From Malacoraja senta (lineage: Eukaryota), in the NCBI GenBank assembly GCA_038087875.1, contig CM075998.1:4280001-4340000 (forward strand): a stretch of 60,000 nucleotides of DNA. The letters run 5' to 3'. The position numbers were made by a program, and so were the translations under genes. Below the pieces are notes generated by a model. It made no database searches. It was not told the DNA's origin and saw nothing but the letters and a program-made list of their open reading frames with translations. Below are positions 39,615-49,409 of the stretch, piece after piece. How positions within the stretch are numbered: position 1 is the stretch's first letter; each line of letters opens with the position of its first letter.

Positions 39615-42600
39615 CCTTAAAACCTATGTCCTCTGGTTCTCAAATTCCCCTACTCTGGGCAAGAGACTCTGTGCCTCTACCCGATCAATTCCTCAATACA
39701 CCTCAATAAGATGAAGAATGCTTAGAAATACATGGTGGACTCTAAGAAAATCATCAGATTCTCCAAGGGAATCGTCAAGGAAAGCTAAAGAAACAGCAGT
39801 AACTATCTCCCATTTACATTTAATAATTTGAACCTACTCCCTCAGAAACTTGTCCAGTCATCCTTTGAAATGACTAACGAAATCTATGCTCATCCACACT
39901 TCCGTAGCTTAGTACAAACATCAATAATTCTTTGTGTAGAGACTTACCTAACTCCTTGTTAGAATGTCACGTGTGTTTATGCCAAACCTGTTTGTTTAAA
40001 TCTATTATACAGCGCGGAAACAGGCCCTTCGGCCCACTGAGTCCGCACCCACCAGCGATCCCCACACATTAAACACTATCCTACACACACTAGGGACGAT
40101 AGTTTTACATGTATACCAAGCCAATCAACCTACAAACCTGTATATCCTGTCAAAAATGTCCTTCTCCTCTTGAGTATAAGCTTCAAGCTACTTTTTCTCA
40201 CAGAGAGTGGTGAGTCTGTGGAATTCTCTGCCTCAGAGGGCGGTGGAGGCAGGTTCTCTGGATGCTTTCAAGAGAGAGCTCGATAGGGCTCTTAAAAATA
40301 GCAGAGTCAGGGGATATGGCTGAGAAGGCAGGAACGGGGTACTGATTGGGGATGATCAGGCCCATGATCACATTGAATGGCTCCTGCACCTATTGTCTAT
40401 TGTCTACTCTTGTGCAGTCAGTTCTAACCATTTAATACTTCAACCATGCCATCTATATCTATATGAAAATTCTATTTGGGGCATTAATAAACCCAATGTT
40501 TCCTTATGATGACATATACTTATTTATGAATTGTTTCACTGTTTACTTCAGTTTACCTGCTACTTATTTCCCCCATCTGAAGAAGGGTCTCGACCCGAAA
40601 CGTCACCTATTCCTTCTCTCCAGAGATGCTGCCTGTCCGCTGAGTTACTCCAGCTTTTTGTGTCTATCTTCTCGTTAACCCCAGCATCTGCAGTTCTTTC
40701 TTACACATTTATTTCCCCCGTCTGTCCACTTTCCTCCTCTATTGACTTAAACATTAGTCCTTTACCAATATATGAACAAAAGTGCCCCCCCCCCTCCCCA
40801 AAACTTGTTTCACCATTCAGTATGATCATAGCTGATCTGGGACCTAACCGATGTAACCTGCTTTTGCCCCATACCTATTAATACTTCTGCTTAATGAAAA
40901 TGTATCATTCTCAGACTTAAGGTTAATAATTTACATAGCATCAATTTGTGGAAGAGAATTTCGTACTTCAACTCTTTGCTGGTAGAAATGTTTCTTAACT
41001 TCCACTCCAACAAGGCCTGACTCTTGTTGCTGGAAAACCCTCTGAATCAATGGAATGGAATACTTTATTGTCATATAAACACAAGGTATACAAATAGTGG
41101 CCACCTACGGGGCTGACAAAGTTACAAAGTACGACGGCTCATCCTTTGTTCCCCAGTATTAAGGCCTTAATTACAATCAACCCGCAACGTTAAGATGGCC
41201 CACGTTGCTCTCATGCTTGGTTGTCAAAGACCCCCCTGAAACAAACGCTCCATTCTGTCGTGGGATGAGATGGAACGGAGGAAAAGATTTCAAGGATGTG
41301 CTTGGAGTCTCCTTGAAGAAATGCACATCCCCGCTGACGCCTGGTAATCTCTGGCCCACGACCAATGCAACTGGAGAAGGAGAATTGTGGTTTGGGATTG
41401 GAGAACCTTAATACTCACCCAACCACGCGTTCATCCACCTTCTTCCCCCATCTGAGTCTCCAGTTCCCACTGCCCCCTTAGCTACCTCAGAACCGGAGTG
41501 AAGCAAGTCACTCTCAAATCTGACCATAGATAAATACAAAATGCTGGAATAACTCAGCGGATCAGGCAGCAACTTCTGGAGAAAAGGAATAGGAGGAATA
41601 GGTGACGTTTGGGACAGGAACCATTCTTAAAACTGAATGATAGGGGAGGCGCGAGAACCTGGAGGTGAGTTACTCTAGCGTTTTGCGTCTATCTTCGGTA
41701 TAAACCAGCATCTGCATTTCCTTTAAGAAGGAACTGCAGATGCTGGAAAATCGAAGGTAGACAAAAATGCTGGAGAAACTCAGCGGGTGAGGCAGCATCT
41801 ATGGAGCGAAGGAAATAGGCAATGTTTCGGGCCGAAACGTTGCCTATTTCCTTCGCTCCATAGATGCTGCCTCACCCGCTGAGTTTCTCCAGCATTTTTG
41901 TCTATCTGCATTTCCTTCCTACTCAATCCTGACCATCTGCCCACGAAGAACATTGAGAATCTCAAACTGCAGAAGGACGTCAGCGGGTCAGGCAACATCT
42001 GTGGAAGCAGAGGAATGGTGAACATTTGAGGTCCTCAGCAAGTGTTCAACCCAAACATGTCGACTATCTCTCTGCCTCAACAGATGCTGCCAGACCTGCT
42101 GAGTTCCTCCAGTAAGATAGACACAAAAAGTTGGAGTAAATCAGCAGCATCTCTGGAGAAAATGAATAGGTGACATTTCGAGTCGAGACCCTCTCCTTTC
42201 CTCCTTTGCTCCAGAGATGCTACTTGTCCCGTTAAGTTACCCCAGATTTACACCAGCCTCTGCAGTTCCTTCCTGCACAAGTTCCTCGAGTAGCTTGTTT
42301 TTTTGCTCCAGATTACAGAGTCCGTAATCTCTCGTACCTGCTGTCTAGACAGCAAATTTCATGGGTTGTCTGGAAATAAAATGTGCAAATTGTGTTGGGG
42401 GCTACATGCAGTTTTGCTTCTGCCTCTCTGTTTCTCGTTCCAATTTCACTTTTATCCTTCAACTTTCATTTCTTTAAAAAAAAAGTCAATGGCCTGAAAT
42501 TCAATCCGCCTTTGACATGTACTTTCAAAACGTCTTCGTCGTTCTGTTCTGAACATCAAACGTCCCCCGTTTTCTTTCCCGGCTGCATGTCAGAGCCCTG

Positions 42601-43644
42601 CTTCCACAGAATGGGAAGCGCTCAATTTATCCATTGCACTGACTCGCCTTTCCACTGTGGTGCCGTCACCACGTGAACACGGTTCGCCCACCCACTTTAA
42701 CACCTGCACCAGTCATTTTAGGGCATGTTGCGGTCTTCTTGTCCCATTGGTTTGGTCTTCTCTTCTTTCACTGTGGTTGTTCTTTCTGAAAGAAGCCATC
42801 AAAAACTTCTTCCAACCCCCAGAAAATCCACAGGAAGACGTTTTGCGGGGGGGGGGGGGGGGGGGGGCGGGAGGAGGGAGGGGAGGGGAGGGGGGGGGCA
42901 GCAAAAAAAAATCCCAAATCTCATTTTTAATCTTATAATAAACGTTAAAACGCAACAATTTCAATATAAGGCAGACAAAAAAAGTTAGAGATTGGGATAT
43001 ATGCGCACATTTAGTGTGTGTGTGTGTGTGTGTGTGGGGGGGGGGGGGGTTGAATCTGGAAACAACACATACAATGCGAACGGGACAAAGCAAGAAGAAT
43101 CGGACATTATTGTCTATGCATTGAGGACATCCTTAAGACAAAATCCAGCGTCAACTCATGCCCACCGCCGCCCCAGCAGCCCAGTCACAGTAAGATAATT
43201 AAAACAACTGTGCAGTCTGCATCCAAGATATGACATTTGCTACGTGTTTGGTAACATCACTCAACTCTGGACATTGTTTCGGGACTCCTGAATCTAACTC
43301 GGCAGCATCTCAGACTGCACCGGAGCCGCTGAAAGCGACCGGCTCGTCTAAAAACCGTGTTGCCAGTCACACCATCGGAGACACTTTGAACACAATTCAC
43401 CCCCCCCCCCCCCCCTGCACTTGAACAGGTGAATGAATACACGATCAAAATACCACCGCGATTTCACAGTAATAAACTGGGCTGCACTATTATACACATT
43501 TCTCATGCATAACACAGCGGATTGATGAACAGACTCGACTATGAAAGATGCGCAACGCTTACCAAAAAAACCTGATCACAATCAATCGATATCAGTCAGA
43601 AAGGCCCTATCTTGTCTCTAATCCATCCCGAGACCAATGCGTGA

Positions 43645-43798
43645 AAAACATTTTTTTGGGGAAAGATTCTTAGAGCTAACCAAAAAACATTTTTTGGGAA
43701 AGATTCTTAGAGCTAACCAAAAAACATTTTTTGGGAAAGATTCTTAGAGCTAACCAAAAAACATTTTTTGGGAAAGATTCTTAGAGCTAACCAAAAAA
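43645..43798 (+). repeat. 37-bp minisatellite, 4 copies, upstream of the col2a1 promoter
   Basis: AAAAAACATTTTTTGGGAAAGATTCTTAGAGCTAACC with units ending at 43681, 43718, 43755, 43792. Confidence 0.95.
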
Positions 43799-44379
43799 CC
43801 TGGCAGGATTTCTAAAGTACCCGCCACTACACATTTTTTTTTGAAGGGAAGTAACGTTTTCCACTGCCACGGATTCCTGTCTAGTCTGAGCTTGTTGCAA
43901 AAAACGAGAACCTGCTCGGAAGGTACAGCTCCGTGAAATCCCCAGGACCGAATCAGGAAAAGAGAACTCACTTTCACGATAGGCTTTCGATTGCCCACAT
44001 ATTTGAGTGGATCGGTCTAAATTTGAGATTTCAAATCATCTCCGTTTCTTAAGAAAGGCTGGATTATGTTTCTGGGCACTAGCCTTATCTCACCCCGTAA
44101 TACGTCGATTCAACAACAAAAAAAAGATGAAGATACTCAGTTTTCGCCCGAGACACAAGTTCCTACAATCCACTCCCGAAAAGCCTTCAGACAACTTCAC
44201 GAAATGTTCAACAAGGCTGTTTCCCGTAGACAAGTTCGAAATAAGCATTTTGTTTAAAATGCCATGTGCTGTAACTGACTTAACCGTAAGTTTTGTTTGT
44301 AGGCAAAATGATAAAGTTCACTCAAGGATTTTTTTTTAGTTGGTGGGTAAAGAAAAAAAACCCAGTTAGGGGCTGCTGT

Positions 44380-44555
44380 TTAGATTGGAAGGAGGGGCTT
44401 TGGTGAATGGGGAGAGCAGGCGAAGGATTGGAGAGGGTCGGGTTACAGCACGGCTGGGGGCAAAAGGGGGTGGGTCGAATTCACAAACAGTGGGGATATA
44501 CGCAAGCCATTGAAGAGTGAGCGCACTTAAAACTGCGGTACCCGGCCCAGAGCAG
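44380..44555 (+). promoter_or_regulatory. col2a1 proximal promoter
   Basis: Two inverted CCAAT boxes (44384, 44427), G-rich Sp/KLF-like tracts, GGTTACAGC block and TATA-like GCGCACTTAAAACTG (44521-44535) followed by GCAGAGAGCGCTG, resembling the recalled mammalian COL2A1 promoter. Confidence 0.7.
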
Positions 44556-44660
44556 AGAGCGCTGAGTTTCTGCTGGGGCCCGGTACTGGATACCCTTTTT
44601 TACCCGTTCCAAGGTTGACTTTATGAAGGCTCGGTAATCGTGGGACTCCTCTCCTCTCCA

Positions 44661-44712
44661 TCCACACGGCAACACTGCATGTCTAATATTTAGATATGTT
44701 CAGGTTTGTGGA
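44661..44712 (+). promoter_or_regulatory. Collagen-type 5' stem-loop enclosing the start codon
   Basis: TCCACA/TGTGGA lower stem, GCATGTCTAA/TTAGATATGT upper stem, internal loop; resembles the COL1A1/COL1A2/COL3A1 5'SL. Confidence 0.8.
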
Positions 44713-44789
44713 CGCCCGAACATTTGTGCTGCTTGCAGCAACGCAAGCAATTCTATTAACTGTTGTCAAATGTCAACGCTCAGATACCC
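44696..44789 (+). CDS. col2a1: Collagen alpha-1(II) exon 1 coding part (signal peptide)
   Basis: MFRFVDARTFVLLAATQAILLTVVKCQRSDT + phase-1 donor GTAAGT; resembles non-mammalian col2a1 signal peptides. Confidence 0.92.
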
Positions 44790-46956
44790 GTAAGTATTTT
44801 TTTTTTCAATTCTTCTTTAAAAATGACAGTTTTGCTTGCAACCGAGATTTCGTGTGAAGTAAAAGTGAGATTTCAAGTTGGGTAAAATGTTTTAAATTTG
44901 AACTTCACAACTATTTTGAAATCTTTTAGACTTTTTCTTGATTTAAAACACTTACTTGAGCTTTAAAAGTAACGTGGGGAATAATCTGTGAGGATTAGTC
45001 ATTTGCTTGAGATGTGGTGCCGATTTGAAACCCTGACACTTAACCTTGTACAGTTAAAAGGAACAGTTGGATTTTTTTTTAATTCTTAAGTGGCTAGGTT
45101 TTTTGAATTAGAGTGGATTCCGAGATTCAGGGTCAGTGTCAAAATTACAAGGCGAGCCAGTATGGAATGGGTTGAATCAGTGATACCAGCCGGGAGAAAA
45201 CTTTACTCCGGTAGAATTGACAATCAGGACACCCCTTGCATCGATAATTCCTTTAAATGTGCATCAAAAAAACCTTCTGACACTTTAGGCAGGGATGCAA
45301 GAGTAATCAGTGAGCTGGAATGCACATTCAGCCCGTCTGAAAATCGCATTAGGTGAATAAATTCAATTGGAATTTTGAAAAGAAAATACTTTAAAACGAC
45401 CTCAAACTATATTGGCGATTGAGTGCCACGAGATTGGATGAGTATTTCATCTGGCTTGGGAAGGAATTGCTTTGAATTCCCCAGCGAGGCTGCTGATGCT
45501 GAGATCAAGACAATAAATTAAAAAAACACACACACACACACACGACTGAGAGAAGGGGAAAGGAATGGCTTCTGTGTCAAGTTTTGGCAGTCAAACCCAT
45601 AACACAGGCACTGGAGGCGTGCGAGGGGAAAGTTGGAAGAAAGTTGGAAGAAAGAAAAGAGCACTTTTACGGTAGGATGGCGTGGGGATAGATAGAAAGT
45701 GTGGGGGCAGATTGATAGTTGGCCAGGCTGGAGAGAGTTGGGGGAAGCCCCACCTACACAGAGGCCCAGCCTTGGGATCAAACAATCGCCTTGGACTCTT
45801 GACAGACTGCTATTCACAGTAGCACAAACCTCCGGAGAAAGGCAGACCGCGATCACTCGGGCCAACTTTAGCATAATCGAAAGATAATAATCCAGTTTTA
45901 TATTGTGGGTTGTTTCATCCAATTTGAGCCACGAATTCCATCAACAATTCTAAATTTATATTTCATTCCATTTTAGTGCATTGGGTTAACCTGTTTCGGT
46001 ATCTATTACAGTATTTACACTAATCTAACGTGTAATTTTAAGTTTAAAATGTATTCGTTTAAACCCAGTAGCAGCATAAAGTTACAGTAAAACTCCCGGT
46101 GTCTTTCTGTACTAAAGACTAACAAGAAAGGGCGGATTTCTATGATACTTAATACAGTCTGAGTTCTTTCCACACCCCCTGTCTGTCCGCGCTTCGGGCG
46201 AAGCCAGTCACTATCGTTTTACAACCACTCGCGAGTTCCAGACAGTAATTCCTCGCCATACCTCTGAAAGTTTCAAACACCTGGCCACGATGAGCAGTGT
46301 GTCTGATCCTCGCTTGTAAAGTTCAACATTTTTTATTTTGTAAACTGAAGTGAAGCTCATTTGAAAACTGGGAAAGAAAACAAACGTGATCCTCAAAACT
46401 AATTAGAATTGGAGCCGAGATGGATTTGGAAAGGCATTAAAAGGCGAGGTCCTCCCCCCCCCCCAAAGTTGTTTATATTATATCGTGGCGAGAAAGCACC
46501 AGTTAGTTCTAAGCACCTCCTTCTTCAGTCCAACCAGACAAGGGACACTTCAGAGAAGCTGAGCTGGTAAACAGTCTGAACGTTCTGCCCACCACCCACA
46601 CCCTGGGGTCGTTCTGGGACCCTAACCCCAAACGCTGTGAAAGTGACCTTATAATTTGCTTCCTTTATCCAAGCGTGCAAGCAAATCTCTCACTGGGTTT
46701 CTAGAAACTGATCAATATTTTTTTTTTTAATTGCTACTATTACGTGTAAATATTTGAAAACAAATCAAATGGGTTATTTGTTTCTGTTAGTTGGACTGGG
46801 TTTGGGATACGCATTGGAATGCACAGCAAATTGTGGATGTGAGCAGGTTATGAATGATGCTTTTGTGTCCTGCTGTTTGCATTAGACTGGGAGTTGTGTG
46901 TATGCGGATTGATTGCAATCCCCTTATTATTTATTTAACCTGGTCCCGACAGTAAA

Positions 46957-47003
46957 CTGTGATTCGGCATCTCTGTGTCAATTGAGAATGGGATCTATTC
47001 ATT
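46957..47003 (+). promoter_or_regulatory. Candidate homologue of the Col2a1 intron-1 SOX9/SOX5/SOX6 chondrocyte enhancer
   Basis: CTGTGATTCGGCATCTCTGTGTCAATTGAGAATGGGATCTATTCAT is colinear with the recalled mouse 48-bp element; ~2.4 kb from the TSS. Confidence 0.7.
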
Positions 47004-47804
47004 CTCTCTGAGGGTCTAGCGGGCTCACACATGGGAGAGAACCTGATTCAAAACGAGTAACCCAGCACACACTAGAGGCGAGCCTCTGTCATACCTGTGA
47101 TTGCAATCACTAATCTACATTGACATGTTTCCAATATTAATGCATTACGGTTTGGAAGATATTGTTACCAATTTTAAACCGTTTTGCATATTCGTATATC
47201 GACGTTGAATGCTCTTATTTCCCCAATATACACATTATTAGCTTCGTTCGCGATACTTAAGCAGCATTGCCTGCTGGATTGTATGTCACTTAGCAGCCGG
47301 GTTCAGCAGTAGATAGAATCTGGAATTAAATGTAGTGGTTTCAGCAAAGTAATTGCAAAACCCCCCTATATATATATACTGGGATTTGATTGTAAATGCA
47401 CGCTTGTGTGTAGAGATCGGGGAGAGTGGTGCAATGGAGCCACCTGGTGGAGATTGTGTGCATTTCTCGAAACCATTTTTACAATATTGCAAGAATGTCA
47501 GCTGTAAATTTGGGCAATTCATGGAGTATTTTTATTTATAGTCAATATAATTGAACACTAAATACGTACATACAATATTTTATAAATGGTGTAGTCTCAA
47601 ACTAATCATGTTGACTTTCTATAGTCTGCTAAATATGATTCTGTTGCAGTATAATTAGCTTTGAATGTGTTAAACCTGAATATGTTTTACAAGTGAAATA
47701 ATTAAATTTATTAAAGGTGTGCAGAAAAAGTGGTGAATGTTTTACCATGTCACCGATTTATGACTAACAGATCTCTCTCCTCTCCGTCTGCCATTCACAC
47801 ACAG

Positions 47805-48017
47805 AAGGCCTGCAATCGACCTGTATACAAGACGGGCAGACATATAGTGACAAAGATGTGTGGAAACCCAGGCCTTGTAGTATCTGTGTCTGTGACACTG
47901 GGATTATCCTTTGCGACGATATAATGTGCGAAGACATTAAAGATTGTCCTAATCCCGAGATTCCCTTCGGAGAATGCTGCGCTGTGTGTCCGAACCAACG
48001 AGCTCCTCCCATCGATC
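47805..48017 (+). CDS. col2a1: col2a1 exon 2 (vWFC/chordin-like cysteine-rich domain; IIA/IIB alternative exon)
   Basis: 213 bp, phase 1-1; (Q)[70 protein letters not shown] with 10 Cys; branch point TGACTAAC at 47761, CAG acceptor, GTAATT donor. Confidence 0.95.
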
Positions 48018-49392
48018 GTAATTTATTTTCTTCCTATATAAATAAATTACTGTAAATCCCCCATTTATGGACACAACTACCAGGGACTCCCCTGGTAAGA
48101 TTTGTCCATTAGTGGCTGCTGTGTTTTTAAGCAAAAAGGTGAAATCTGCATTTTTCCTGTACTTGCTCTTTTGTTGTGTTTTTACTCATTGCTGCAGTAA
48201 GCTCTAGAACCTTCTGAGGTTTCCAAGATTCCCTGATCCATTTAGGTTATTTCGAACTTGATATTTTTGCAGTTAACTCTTTTCCTATCAACGCCCCACA
48301 TTTGCGATGTGCCCAGTCCTGAAATAATAGCCAGGTTTCAAAGTGAGCAGGATCCACTTTAGTGTTACATGGCTTTCATTTTGGAAAGCAAATTTCAACC
48401 ACATGCTTTAATCGAGTTACTTCTCAAATATGGTTACCTCAACACTAATTATAAAGTACCTGAGCACAACAGAAGCACCAATGCAGTCCTCACTTCATAT
48501 TTTGTGTGATATGCTGCAGGCTGCAACCCTGAAATTAAGAAAAAAAATGATTGTGATTCAGTGGTTCTTCTGAGAAGAATTTACTGTTAACTGTAAAGGA
48601 TATGGTACCTTCTATACAGTAAAGTCCCAATGACCACTCACTTCCTTTTGTACATATGTCTGCAAATCACAAATATCTGTGTAGAATTGACAAATCTGCT
48701 GTTGTGATTCCAGTTTTCCCCAGAAGTCACCTGTATAAAATAAGGTGAACTCGGGTACAAGTTTTTGAACATATACTTACTGCTTGCACCAGTGAATAAA
48801 AGAAGCAAAAAGAGAAGTATGGGGATTTAAAAAAAATCAGATTATACCTTTTTTTTAAATAAATATTTGCTGCAAATGTTGAAAGATAGATATTCAATTA
48901 TGCTTATCATCTAGGCAAACCATAATGCCAACAAACCAATTTTGTTTTGCCAAATATGCTGACTTTTAGATGCTTTTTTTTCCTTATAAAATTAAAAAAA
49001 CTCTGCTGGAGGATTAATCAATACTTGATAATTTGCTTTTTAACAGGTCATTTCGCTAGCAGTTTTCTTTAGAATTTCTGATTTATGCTTGCTAGTTAAT
49101 TGCGTACTAAACAGACATTGATACAATGTTTGCAGAGTTAAATATTTGTCACCTAGATGGTCAGACATTGCAGTCATAGCTCAGTGCCAGTCAAATGCAA
49201 GTACACCATGCGTTGTGCTTGCTTTCGCCCCTCAACATTATGAGAAGACAAGGCTGGATTTTTATAAAGAGCCCATCCCCAGCTAGGAGAGCACCTGTTA
49301 GACTGTGAAGGGGGTGTGTTACGCAAATATTGATATAGCTCTGATTGACGATGCCATTTAATATTTTTCTTTCTTTCCCCCACCACACACAG

Positions 49393-49409
49393 GGCAAAGA
49401 GGTCCGAGG
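49393..49409 (+). CDS. col2a1: col2a1 exon 3 (17 bp)
   Basis: ag|GGCAAAGAGGTCCGAGG|gtaag = (R)QRGPR; size and phase match COL2A1 exon 3. Confidence 0.88.

Noticed and set aside
39281..39709. 142-aa ORF
   Set aside because: Artefact of translating across the 200-N gap
42847..42898. Long G-runs with G-quadruplex potential upstream of the promoter
   Set aside because: Simple homopolymers that are common in this window and error-prone in assemblies; no specific evidence of function
48080..48101. Strong-looking downstream donor CTG|GTAAGA after exon 2
   Set aside because: Using it would include an in-frame TAA at 48053-48055; no evidence of use
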